Positions 48,607-61,621 of a stretch of DNA of 64,000 nucleotides are shown here, piece by piece; position 1 is the stretch's first letter; each line of letters begins with the position of its first letter. Where the stretch lies: NCBI GenBank assembly GCA_001949185.1, contig BDGG01000007.1, positions 2,278,112-2,342,111 on the forward strand, in the 5' to 3' direction. The stretch comes from Ramazzottius varieornatus (taxonomy: Eukaryota > Animalia > Tardigrada). A model generated the notes under the pieces. The model searched no databases, was not told the origin of the DNA, and was given only the letters and a program-made list of their open reading frames with translations. The position numbers and the translations under genes were made by a program.

Positions 48607-51570
48607 ATGCCTCCTATTAAGTTTACAGGTGAGATCGGGAAGAAGCTGACTTTCCTGTACGAGAACGTGAATGGCATACGAAGCAAGAGCGAGGAAACAA
48701 AGCGATGGATGGAGGAAAGGAATGCGGTTATCGTCGCTTTGGTAGAAACTTGGGCAGATGAGTCTACGGCTGATTGTCTGATTGCTGACTTGGATCAGTA
48801 CAACCTATTCAGGAAAGACCGACAAAGATGTCTGAAGGAGAAGGGAGGTAGAGTTGCCATTGCCGTCAAGAACGGCCTACAAGCGCTGAGGATGACAAGC
48901 CTCGAAGTGGATGGGTTGGAAGTTTTATGGATAAAGCTGGTTTGTCTCCGCCTGAATGTCCTGGTAGGAGTAGTATATGCGCCAAGCTACGATACTGATG
49001 TCTTCTCGAAGCTTCGTACGTTAATGGAGTCATTTCCACCATTCCTTAAGCGCAACCTGATATTAATGGGAGACTTTAACTGCCCAAACATCATGTGGGA
49101 TGGAGATGTAAGCGGGAAGTAGGAAAGAGATCGGGACTTAATCGGTCTGAAGAATGAGTTCAAGCTTTACCAGCGAGTGAAGGGAACCACTCGCTTCCGG
49201 GGTTCATCTTCGCTTGATCAGCTATTCGTCACGCAGTTGGGATTTGTCCGGAACACCAGAGCCGCCCCTCCACCTGCCGTTACCTGCGATCATCATGCCA
49301 TCGAAAGCAAGCTCATGCTCATGACACCCAAGTTCAAGACTTTACCGAAGATGGTGTGGAAGATCGACGGCAAAAAGATACAAGAATTCAAATCAATCTT
49401 GTCTTCGATTGATTGGGGGCAGATCTTTGATTTGCAATGTAACGTTGATGGGGGTGTTTTAGTTTTTCAGGAGAAGCTTGTATCTGCGATGGAGAACAAT
49501 GGATCAGGTAGACCACTCACGTTGGAAGGAGCTTGAAGCCAGTAAGAGAAAGATTCTTTCGTCAGACAAAGATCGCCGTCTTCGTCAGATTGCCACATCG
49601 TCACGCCGTAATCCTAAAGCCGTCTGGAAGTATCTGAAGAAGAACAACTCGTCCGATTCCATCCGACCGATTCCCATTCCTGATGAAGAAGAAAAGTACA
49701 TCGTTGATACCCAAGACAAAGCTGAGTTCATCAGTCTAGATTTCTCCGAAGTTCATACTGCCTGTACACAGCACTGCCTGCCAAGTGAGACCGTTCATGG
49801 TGCGCCGATTAACGTTGAACCTCCAGAGACACTCCACTGCCCGCCACTGCAGCTCACCACTTCGTCCATCCTGGAGCTGCGACGGCTCGACATGTCGAAA
49901 GCTTCTGGCTCATTCCTCATCAACAACCGTCTGCTCAAGATCGCAGAAACGACCATCCTGTACCCTCTGTCGAGACTCTTCAACCTTATCATCAGCAAGA
50001 GACAGTATCCAACAGCATGGAAGCAGACAGAAGTCATTCCCGTTCCGAAGAAAGGCAGTTCCACTTTCCGGCCCATTTCCCTTCTGCAGCCGCTCTCAAA
50101 GCTATTCGAAAAACTCGTTGCCGTCCACCTGCATACCTTAGGTAATTCTAACCATCTTCTTTCAGATTCGGTTTCCGCAAGCAAAGATCGACCGAAATGC
50201 AGTTGCTTCTTATGGCCCACCAATATTCCCACGTGTTCATACAAAAAGAAGAAGTCGAAGCTGTTCTTCTGGATTGTTCCAAAGCCTTTGACAAGCTTCC
50301 ACATTCGACCATCGTACGCAGCCTGGCAAGCCATGGTGTGACCGGAGAACTGAACGACTTGCTGTCCGATTACCTCCGAGAAAGAAGCCAAAGAGTTTTA
50401 GTGGAAGGGTACTTTTCTTCGGAGCAGCCAGTGCCATCGGGTGTCCCTCAAGGATCCATCCTTGGACCTTTGCTGTTTGTCGTCGCCGTGAACAACCTCG
50501 CAAGTAAGCTCAAGTCACCTGTGATGCAATATGCTGACGATATAATCTTATGGCGAACTATCAAAAGCGATGAAGACTGCACAGCTCTTCAACAAGATCT
50601 GCAACGTCTGGAAAACTGGTGTGAAGAAACTGGCCTCAAGCTTAATCCGGAAAAGTCTCAAGATCTCCGAGTGTCCAACAAGAGAAAGAAGGTGGCAGTT
50701 ACTAGCGGCAGCTACACTATCGACGGCAAGCAGATCCGCACGGTAAACGGGGCGGAGTGTCTGGGTGTCATGTTCTCGCGCAAGATGGATTGGACAGGAC
50801 AAGTGGACAAGGTGACGAAGAAGTGTCGACAGAGCTTGTACGCGATCAACGGCCTTTTCCCCAAGCGACAGGGTTCATTGAAGCAGCTTCTTTACAACAG
50901 CATGGTAAGATCGGTGGTGGACTACGCTTCGTCGTGTTGTTTTTCAACAACGAAGGGTCTCCAGAGGCAGCTGGAATCAATCCAGAAAAAATTCCTGCTT
51001 AGTATCCGTCTGAGCTCAGCAGACGAGAACAGCCATGACACGGACTTCCAGCACCTTCGGGAAGTCGGATGGAGACCTCTCTGGCAGCGAAGATGTGAGC
51101 TCATCATGGTCAATGCCTTCAGGATTTGGAACGGTAACTTCGCCCACGGTGACAGGCTGATGAAAGTTGAGGGGAACGGCCAGAACATGCGGACAAGAAT
51201 CCAGTTAAAGATTTGCACGATGTCTCTTGTGTCGGTGGCGCCCCCTTCCTGCAAGATGCTCGACTCGACCGTTAGCTCTTTTGCTTACATCGTAGAAGCT
51301 TTTCTGAAAGATCCCCTTTTTACTCCATTCTCTGTGGATTTGAGTAGTCTATGTAGCTTCAAAAGATATCTTGATGGTCTGAATTTTTCGAATTTTAATT
51401 GGTGCAAAAAGAATGTCGATGGGCAATTGTTAACTTGAATCAACTTGTTTTTTATATGTTTGCCTTTGCATCCCTTTTTCTCCGGTGCTCTTGCCATTAT
51501 CTTTCAAATTTGATTCGCAAGCGCGAAGCCTGGCTTTGCATTGGACAAATGAAGGTTATTATTATTATTA
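48607..51570 (+). mobile_element. Decayed CR1/Jockey-group LINE (APE endonuclease + reverse transcriptase)
   Basis: NVNGI, VETW, LMGDFN, CDH; FRPISLL, LDCSKAFD, SGVPQGSILGP, QYADD; in-frame stop at 49120-49122 and frameshifts; (TTA)n 3' tail near 51556-51570. Confidence 0.92.
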
Positions 51571-52754
51571 AAATCTCATGATTTTATACTGTGTCAGTTT
51601 CTGTGCAGAAACCGTTCGGCGGTTTGCTCACTTCCGGCACAGGATATAAGCATAAAGGGATATTAGGCCGCGCGAGTTCAGCAGGGTATCGGAATTTCGC
51701 GGGGCCTGTCATTTAGCCCTCTACTGGATAAACCCCTGACGTCTTTCGCTTTTTCTGGCGATAGTTTCGGGAAGACAATCATCTCTTCATAACTTCAATG
51801 CTAGTTTCGGTCGAAAACATGATGGATTTCGAGAAGGAACGAGAGCGGAAGTCAAGTGGCGCAATGTAGGAGAGGTAGAGTAGGGAACCGCTCAACTTTT
51901 CCTTTGCGGAAACCAGAATTTCACAAAATTTTCTTGCCCACGCTGGACTGTGCGGAATAATCTTTGGTAATGTCAAGGCGAAAGCGGGCGGTAAACCTTT
52001 AATGCGGACGCGGAAGCGGAAGTGAGCGGTACTTCAGGCAAGGTAAACGAGTCTGAATTCAGAAGCAACTACTATGGAAGAAACATAGTTATCAATACAT
52101 TGCCGAAATTGCGTTTATAACATTCAACTCATGGATGTTACAGTACAAACCAACCCAACTGTACATACGACAACAGTTTCCTGTGGTTGCCTATCATAGG
52201 GATTGTTCGCAATGTGACGCAACAAGGTTTACTTTTAAACATTTATCGTAATTATCATCGACGCGAGGCGGGCGGAAAACAGTCACATCAAATACTAATC
52301 GAGTCCAAGCGGTAACAATTTCAGCAGATTCCAGGGCGGAAGCGGGCGGTAACCACCGCTCGCTTCCGCGTGGACCCGCCGTGCGATCCAATTCCCTACC
52401 CTAGGGAGAGGCGTGTAGCTCGGATCACTTGACGCGCCAGGTCCAATTTGCTAATTGGTCTGATCACGCTCCACTCCACCAAAATTTCAAATTTCGACAA
52501 AAGTGGTCAATAGTACAATCAACTCGGCTTGCACTGAATTTCAAATTCTGTGCAGCGATATTAGGCAAAACATAAGCCGTGGATAACTGCACAGCATAAA
52601 ACATATACTTATGCTGTGCAAGCCGAAAACATGACCTGCGAAACAGGTCCATAGTCTTTTGAGAATATAATAATCAATTTTAACTTGGAAAATCTCATTG
52701 TCATTCGGTTCTTGAACTCTTCCTACTCTTCGACACCTAGTGCTCGTTTGCAGG

Positions 52755-54428
52755 ATGAACGTAACAATCGGAGCTGGTGTTCGTGGAAGTTACCTCATCT
52801 GCAGTCAACCCGTTTTCCGACAGGTATGTCGATCCCTGAGGCGGCCACCTCGGCGGCTGGATGCTTCCCTCAGTTCCCCTCGGCTTGGGAATTCCGTCGC
52901 TCCGGAAGATCCGCTTGCTGGGGACAACTTCATGTTCGACGATCTGGGTCCGGCGGAACCACCTACAAAAAGCCAGAAAGCTCAGCGGCGTAACATTGTG
53001 GAAGGAGGTTATTTTTCCCGACCATCTGACCATCGGTGAATAAATGGAATTTCAAAATAAAATATCTGAATTCTTTGCGGTGTATGGTTGATTGCTGATA
53101 TGTCTGCCGACTGAACGCGCGTGCCAGTGGGCGTCACCTTCCAGCGCATTAGTACGCATGGGTACTGCACCATGTAGCCGCACACTGTCTGCAGGTGCAT
53201 GATGGTGAATCTCGTTCCCTTTCAGGTCTACTCTCACTGAAACGTCGTCTTTTTCCACTTCACCACTGGAAACTCCATACCGCAGACGGAAAGAAGAGAA
53301 CGAACGTCCGTCTGATCTTCTGATGGAAAGCGTAAGGAAGTCGCGAAGCTGCGAAGACACATTACGCCTTGTGGAACGTCACGAGAAGATCATGAACCAT
53401 CACCATCTCTCCCGCACGGTTTCGCATATCTTTGACCAGATTATGAAATGGGATCCTCTTTCGGAAGAGCAAAAGTACGAGAATTATGTTTTTTCGGCTT
53501 GTTTGGTTTGGATTTTATTGAATTTTCAGGGAGGATTTGCTTCGTGATCCCCGCTTTGCCAAGCTGTGTACAAGGCTGATTCGCAGCTCTCGTTTTATAA
53601 ATCCAAATGACGCCATGGAAATTCTCAAGCTTTTGTCTGTGCTGAGAGCTCCACAGGATAGCAGAATAGTCCAGGTAATTTTGAGGAGTATGACTTTTCC
53701 GTCTCTTTCTCAAGGGAATTTATTTTGTTTACAGACGTTTTTGCATCTGGTAAAGGAGCAGATTAACGAGATGTCTCTTCCCGGTCTTTGTTACTGCGGT
53801 TTTCTGATGAAAAAGTTCCCTGAAAACAAAGTAGCACAAGCTATGCTGATAGCATTGCCTATCGCCTTTGAGTACAGAATGCACAAAGAAATGGACCCGA
53901 AAAGCCTTCCCGAGCTGAGGCAACTGCTGAGGTTCTGCTCCATGTTTGGGGTACGGAGCAGCGTCAAGAAGGAAATTGTGGACGCCATGCGGGGATACTT
54001 TCTCAGCTCTACCAACCTCAAGCACTTCTCGGTGCAAGACGCAGCTGCGCTCTTCATCCTGCTGGATCAGTGTAACGCTTTAGATGAAAAGATCATCGAC
54101 GTGATAGCCGATACGTTTGAACGAGGAAGCGTGACGGATATGAAAACCTTTCTGGCCAAAAAGATGCTGTCGTCGTAAGCATACTTTTTCTGTTTTTGAT
54201 CTTCTTTGATGATATTTTTTTCTATTTATCAGAATAAGGTACTGTCGAGCGAAACACCCGGCGGACTTCCCAGCGAACCATCGAATATGCTCCATAGAAA
54301 AGAGACTGAACGACTCGTTGCCGACCGAAAGCAAAGATGCTTTCGATGATAATTGTGATGACGTTGTTGATGATAGTGTGCATTTGATGGATAATTATCG
54401 TTCTTTGGAAGACAAAAAGAAAAGATAA
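52755..54428 (+). CDS. FAST kinase domain-like mitochondrial protein, N-terminal region only (5 exons)
   Basis: Arg-rich presequence-like N-terminus; DPRFAKLCTRL...LHLVKEQINEMSL...MLIALPIAFE resembles invertebrate FASTKD proteins; last exon stops at 54426-54428. Confidence 0.55.
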
Positions 54429-54630
54429 CTGTGGAACGTTGGAATTTTTCGTCGCTAATTTCCGGTTGAACCTTTCGGGTTTTCGAGCTTCAGCAGGGTT
54501 CTTTGCCGAAGTTATGGAAAGACCAAAGTCTTTCCATAACTTCGTCTGAGCTGGGGTCGGAGTCTTCTGGTTAGCAGTGCCTGTTCTCCGTTGCGTTATT
54601 CGAGAAAGAAAGCTCAGGTTGGATGAAACA

Positions 54631-57600
54631 ATGGCGGAAGCCAGCAGCAGGTTGGTCATTTATCAGGATCCAACTGGACTGGCGCACTGTGTGATACCAG
54701 TGCAGCGGAAGTATTGTATTGAAGATGGAAGCGTCAAGGGCGTTAGTGGAGTGGAATTAAATTCCTAGAGATTTTTGAATGGCCTGGCCCAGGGACATTT
54801 TGACGTCATGAGGGTGAGTCATACGGCCGTTCCGTGGTTCCATTCGAGGTCTGCGCAGTACGGCAGCAGCGGTCCGCGCCCTGCGGTTGTGCGACTTGGC
54901 AGCCAGATAAGAGAAAGCGGCGTTCCTTAGCGTTCCGTCTCTCTGGTCTGCCTTACGAACCCGTTCCGTCTGTCTGTTTGTACTTGGATGTATCACCATT
55001 TGTGAAATTGAATTTTCTTGGCTGCGATGCGCGACGTCAGTGTTCTTCATCGTTTGCTTATCCTTTTTTTGCACTCTTACAACATGACGGAAATGTGAAG
55101 AGATTATTCATTCCCCATCATGGATTCACGTGGAAGCTTGTAAAATAGTTTATGGGATTTTTAGGTGATACGGCATCGCCGATGTATTTTGCCAGGTCGC
55201 CTACTGCGACGCACCGATCCGCGCAAGGTGCACCAGCCTATCATGCCCCCTCGGCCCAGCAGCCCCTGCACCACCTTAGTCCCAACGTCCCCAACAACTA
55301 CCCTGCCGGAATCCCTCGCTATCCCGCCTACGACTACCACGGTGCCAGCTCCAGCAACATGCCTGTCCAGAATACCTCCAAGAAACCTCGCTTGATCGAG
55401 TCGGATCACCACATTTCCCAAGATCCGTATTCCCAGCCACCTCGGGGGTCCTACGGCCTGTCCCGGCCTATTCCACTGGAGGCCATCTCTCCGCCTACTG
55501 CCGATGAGAATTTAGAATACGAGGTAAAGCTGCGCCTCCTGCGCGATGAGATTTCGGTCTTGGATCGTAGACGAGAAGATTCGGAACGGACGCTTAATCA
55601 GTGGGAAGCAGAGCTGAAATCGGTCGAGGCAAGAAAGGTGAGCCGAGTTTTATCGATTGATCACGTTGTGTACGCTTGCCAAGGGCTCCAGATTGTATCG
55701 TGCCAAAATACGGCGCATCTGATTACCGTCGTCGTACCGAACGCACTTTGAACCCGGCGCTTTGCGTCTTTTCCATGTACAACTCAAACCCGTCCGGAAA
55801 TGGACTAGATAAGCCATGTTTTCCTCGGTGGGTTTAGCGTGACGAAAGCGTGAGGACCCGGATGGATTGTCGAGGGGGATCGTACTATGGCCACACGTGA
55901 TCGATTTTACTGCTGTTTATTTTCTCATCTCAGTCCGTTACGTTGCTTGATGCTATCTTTGGCTCATGTGTTTCCTCTCTCTGCTTGCAGGAAGAACACG
56001 ACAAGGCACCGCGATCTGAGACGGAGGTGACGAAACCCGATAGTCCCAATGGAGGTGTCTTTAGCGACATGGTGCGCCGCATTATTTCCGAAAATAAAGT
56101 ACGTCACGCTTCCGTTGCACCATTTAACATGAATAACTCACTACCGTCTCGGGAGGGCATCCTTTTCCCTGTAATGAAAGCTGACGTGTTTTTCTTTTTT
56201 GCAGAAAATAAGCGAGGCGGAGCATAAGTCTGCCACCAAGAAGTTCGTCCTTCCTCCCAGCTCGACAACCACACCTAAACATCCCTGTGATCTCGGAGAT
56301 ATCATGCAGGTCCTTCGCGAGTAAGTTTCAACCGTAGACTATTATTCTGTCCAACTTAGATTATCCGAAACCTGTTGGATTCCATTTCAAAGTCAAGTGG
56401 CATATCTTACCTGTTAATAGCAGAGATTATGCGTCACCTCAACAGGAGAAGCAATTTTTCGCATTTTTCCTGTTTTTGTTTGCAGTTATCAACGACAGCG
56501 TCCGTCTATAATCTCACGGCTGAAAAAGGATAGACAAGCGAAGCAAATTCGCGAGAGATACCTGAAAGAAAGATACAAACAGCTGACACAAGCGTATGTC
56601 GATCGACGGGAAAGGATCGAAGGAAACCCAAAGAGAAAGTAGGCATAAATGCATAATTCCCGATTGTTTACTCTCTCGTGGCAAGCTTGAAGTGAATACA
56701 ACTGCTTGTGCAGAGCTCGTGAAGTTAAATTGAGGGAGTATTACGAAAGGCAGTTTCCGGAACTGAAAAAGATGCGGGATGACAAGAAAAATCGTCTGAA
56801 AGGCGGTAATGATGAGGTGGACGGTGCGAGTACGTTGTCCGGCTCGGAAGAATCGGTATGTAGATTTGAGAAAAACCTCAGTGAGTATTTTGAGAGGTAC
56901 ACTTGAAGGCTGAGAAGCTACGAAGCTTTGTGGTTGAAATGCTGGCGGCTTTTTACTTTAGGATATGGAGAAGTTTCAGCGGAACGCTGTTCTCGTTCCC
57001 ATGCTTCTCGATGCCAAAGATCGCAGCAGACATTTCTTTGACAGAAATCGCCTGTCGGAGAACGTGACCAACGAGTACAAGGAGTCGATCACCAGTGTCT
57101 TCTGGACACAAGAAGAGAAAGATATCTTCAAAGAAAAGTACCTGCAACGACCGAAAGACTTCCTCCACATCAGTTCTTTCCTCAGACGGAAGGTAAGCCC
57201 AAAAACAGACCAAAATTCATTTCCATGCCCATCGCAAATGAAATGCATTCCGTTATCGTTCCTGCACGTTGCCTGACATTGTCGAGAGCGTGGTGTTTGT
57301 GGATGATTTCTTGGTGGGCTTCACTGTCCCGGTCGTAAACGGCGCTGCGGTTCATGGTTATAGCACGTCGGGCAACGTGTGGTAGCGTGCTTTTTGCCGT
57401 GTTCTTTTGATTGGGCTGTGTTAAACCAGTCATATTGATGATCAATTATGTCTTCCATTTCAGTCTGTGCAAGATTGCGTGCAGCATTACTACCTGACCA
57501 AGCGGAAGGAGAACTACAAGCAGCTCGTCAAGAAGCAGAAAGCCTACAAGATTCGCCGTGGACCGAACAAGCGAATACAGTCGATGGACGACTCGCTAAA

Positions 57601-60600
57601 ACTGGTGAACGCCTCGGCCGTGTCGGCTCTCAATCCCATGTCGGCCACGTCCATCCGCCTCTCTTCCGTCCATGCGGAACTTCGAGGTGCCGAAGCAGAA
57701 CGTGAGGAAGTCAGCGCTGTCTCATCAATGACCATTGTCTGTCCTGCCAGGAAATGCCAAGCCAGAAGGAGGGTGATTAAAAGACTCTTCAAAGCACCGG
57801 TCGACGTTACGAACTTCGCGGAAATCTTTAAATTTATCGGTACAGCAAATTTATGCCGAAAAGCTTTAAGCGATAGAATGTCTGAATACGGCTTGAGTGA
57901 CATCGGAAAATGGTAGTAACGGGTGCTCGGAAGCCAAATCCGACCATATCTTTTTTTTCAAGTGGCGCACGTTTTCATTGGTATAAGCGGGAAACGTTCG
58001 TCACTTTGGGAAAACGCTCTGGTGGTTTTCGCTTGCGAAGCTTTAAAATGGAAGAACATTCATAAATGAAAACGGACATATTTCCCGGAAAACTGGAACA
58101 CAATCAGGTTTTTTCATATTCAGAAATTAGTTTTTAATTTTGTTTCTGCTTCTAGAGTTGTCGGAAACTGCAACTTCCTGCTGCAAGTACTGCGTGTCCT
58201 TCCTGGAAAGACGTCTAGGTCTCCGGAAGTGGTCCACTACCGAGGTGGAAGCCTTGAAGAAGGGCCTGGCGACGCATGGTTCGAACTGGACTCTCATCGC
58301 CAAGCTGGTGGCGACTAAGCGTCTCCGCGACTGCGTTCAGTATTACAAGCGACACTGCGGCGACTTTATGGGTATTGGAAGTGGACTTGTCCAGCTACCC
58401 AATGCCGCCGCAGACGAATACTCACCCTTCTCTGACACTTCCTCGTCCGAAGATGAAGGCGGTGAAGCACTTCCGTCCCCGATAAAGGTTTGTAGCGTAA
58501 TCATATTGTTTTTCCAAGCAGCGCACGCTTTTGGCAAATAACACAGCAAACATGCGCCGTGTGAGAAAACAGTTCTGTCGAGCTGTCATATTGGAAACGA
58601 GCTGTCAGAAAACGAGCTGTCATATTGGAAAGTTCTTTTTTTTGTTCTTTATCTCAGTCTAATCCTTTTTTAGGTGGAGGAAACGACGACGACGAAGCGG
58701 AATAGAACCACCAGCGAAGACAGCAACGCCACGCTGAGTGCGGATGAAATGGACGAGAACGAGGAGAAAGCAGTGAGGTTCATGACGACATTGCCCAAGT
58801 AAGAAATAATTCCAGATAGATGAGTGAAGAATACTACAACTAACCTTGCGGTGCTTTGCAGGCCCTTGATGACGGAGAACTCGTTCAACCCCGGTCAGTT
58901 GCCCATGTTCGAAGGACTGGGTAGCAGGATCAGCAGTCCGTACGCTCCGTCGCCCGATCAAAGGCAAGGTCCGAACAACGGACCGGCTTGTGTGAGAGAT
59001 CTAATACATTCGGCCATCGTCAAGAACTTGGATAAAGACAAGAGCGTCGTACCTGCCCAGATGCCCGAAGACTTTAAGCGAAGGCTGGCTTCAACGGCTT
59101 CCAACCTCGGAAACGGTACAGGAACAATTTTTCCAAGCGGAATCCCCCATCGAAAAACACTGAATTTCAGCTCGTTTTCTGGTTTTTTCTCCAAGTGTCG
59201 CGCACTTGCAGCCAACAGTGAAAATGTGCGCCGCTTGAGATGACGATCTGGATAAACTCACTCGCTGACGTTCTCTTTCAGGATTTCCCAGCCCAAAATG
59301 TCAGAATATATGTTCAGAAGTTCGAATATTAGGAAACCTGTTTCGAGAGAAGCCGCAAAGCTATTTTGGGTTTTTGATGCTTTTGCAGGTCGAAGAAACG
59401 ATGTTGACGTGGCTTTCCTCGCCCGTACCGTCGAAGATTCCTCCTCTCGACCTCCCTCAAACCATCTCCACCCTCGCAGCGCCTCCGGTCCAAACCCGAC
59501 ACCAAAGTCCCCCAACCGGCCCGAACTGGTACCGCCACCCAGCGCCAGTCCCAGCCGAAGAGACCTCTCACCCCACATCGATGACAAGAACCGACTTATA
59601 CGATCGCCCGCAGCCCCGGCTGGTCAAGTTCATGCCAACTACCAGTTCAGCAACCGACAAAGCCTCTCGGCCGACTTCCAAACCGCCAGACAGATGCATG
59701 TGGAACAAGGCGCAAGTGGACAAAGTGGACAGCAACATCCGCAGGAAAACGGCCAGTCAGGTCCGTGCCAGAAGATTGGAAGTCATCTTTGTTCAATAAT
59801 TTCCGACTGAAAATTGTGACTTTTTCTATAGGACATGTAGTACTAAAGTTGCTGAAGTGAATTCATAACCTCACTTGTTGTTGTTGTTTTTTCCCGTAGG
59901 TCTACGACAGTTTGAGCAGAACCAGCAGCAACAACAGCCTCAGCCCGGAGTCCTTCCGGCCGGAGCCATGCAAGTCGATCCTCGCTTCCTGCAAAGTCTC
60001 TACGGCGCGCCGTACCTCTATATGGCCCCTCAAGGTATGCCATACACTCCCATGCTGACACCTGAATACATGGAAGCCTTGGCAGCAGCGGGGTACCTCG
60101 CTCAACCCGTGCAGGGTCTCCAACAACAACAACACCAGGCGCAGCTGCAACAAGCTCAGTCTCAGCAATCTCAAGGGTCTAGCATGAATCAGGGAGGACA
60201 AGGAAGGCCTGCACAAGGAAACCAGCCTGGAAGAAGCATCGTCCTGGGCACCGGACGACCAGGTAAGCAAGTCACTTGACCTGCAGGTGGATGAGAGATT
60301 GGAGATGTTTGCGACCCAGTTGAGCTGGATTTCATGGTTGATTTTGTCTTTAGGTGTGCAAGAAGACCCACAAAGTGCTCCGGGAGACTCTGCCAGTCGT
60401 TTACAGACGCTGGCACAGAATCGCGGAATGCTGAGAGAGATGGGAACACCCGGGAGCAGCAGCAACAGGCGCGGAAAGCCTGACATCATCACCATCGACG
60501 ACTCACGAAGAGAGCCTCCTTCACCCAACTCCATGACAGACATGCGCTTCCGTCCGGGACCACACCCCATGGTCAAGCAGGAGAACATGAACGATAAGGA

Positions 60601-61144
60601 ACCTGACCCCAGTTTGACAGCAGGAAGCCTAATCGACGTTATCATCACGAGGCAGATATCCAGCGCATCAGGCCGTGCTGACCAACCGGGCCAACCAGGA
60701 GGCGGGACTAGTCAGTCGGGCAGTACCGCCCAACGTTCAGCGCAGCACCAGCAGCAACAGGTACCTAAACGAGGCGAAGCGGATCCACACAAGCCGTTCA
60801 CGCTGGGAGAACACATCGAACAGATCATCACGAACGACTTCAGCAGGAAAGATAACCTGAGCTCTCCTGTGGGAGGAACGATGGTGGGAGCTGTAGGGAT
60901 GGTAGGCTTCCCGCAATTTCAGCAACGGATGGATGCCAGTTGGAAGAGAAGAATGAGGATGGATGAAGTGGGGCCTGCCGTCGCAGGCAATCAAGTCAGT
61001 CCTCCTCAAACCATGTACAACAAACCTCCTTCCACCCAACCTTCAACGGTCGAGTATGAACCCATATCACCACCGGAAAGAGAAGCCAGTGAATCGGGGG
61101 AAGATAGCCAGGATAACTGTGGCACGAGAAGGCCAGGATTGTAG
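54631..61144 (+). CDS. NCOR: Nuclear receptor corepressor NCoR/SMRTER-like (multi-exon; start uncertain)
   Basis: REVKLREYYERQFPEL; SANT1 WTQEEKDIFKEKYLQRPKDFLHISSFLRRKSVQDCVQHYYLTKRKENYK; SANT2 WSTTEVEALKKGLATHGSNW; CoRNR-like LTAGSLIDVIITRQI and TLGEHIEQII. Confidence 0.88.
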
Positions 61145-61621
61145 TACAGTCAATCAAGCGAGTAACTGGTTGGTCAATCGATCGACATGCTTGGTTTGAC
61201 CCGAACCGGAAGTCAATCAGGGAAAGGCGTGCCGTTACTTTTTTTAATTTTCAGACAGCGCCGGTGGTATCCTCTTCTGTTTTCTCAGGAGGTTGTTTTG
61301 AACACAAACAGCAAGAAATTGGAACAATAGGGGAAAAAAGACGTTGAAGTTTGAATCTTATCGTGTACGAGTATTCTTTGCACATTGGTAGGAAATTTGG
61401 GGGAGTTTAGTTCTTCTTCTGTTGACTAGCTGCTCTTTCAGGGCATTGTTCTTTAACGGTCCGAATACCATTTGTTTTTACTTACACCGTGTTGGACACA
61501 TATGTACTAGTGTCAGTTTGACGTACGAGCATACAGTTCACAGAATATTTTCAGCGGTAAAACTCAGATAGAAATCGAATAAAACTCAAAACCGGAAAAT
61601 TTATATTATTCTGATTAAACT

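Noticed and set aside
51880-52400. hAT-like MITE with TAGGG/CCCTA ends and GCGGGCGG repeats
   Set aside because: No matching 8-bp TSD for either candidate left end, so boundaries are unsupported.
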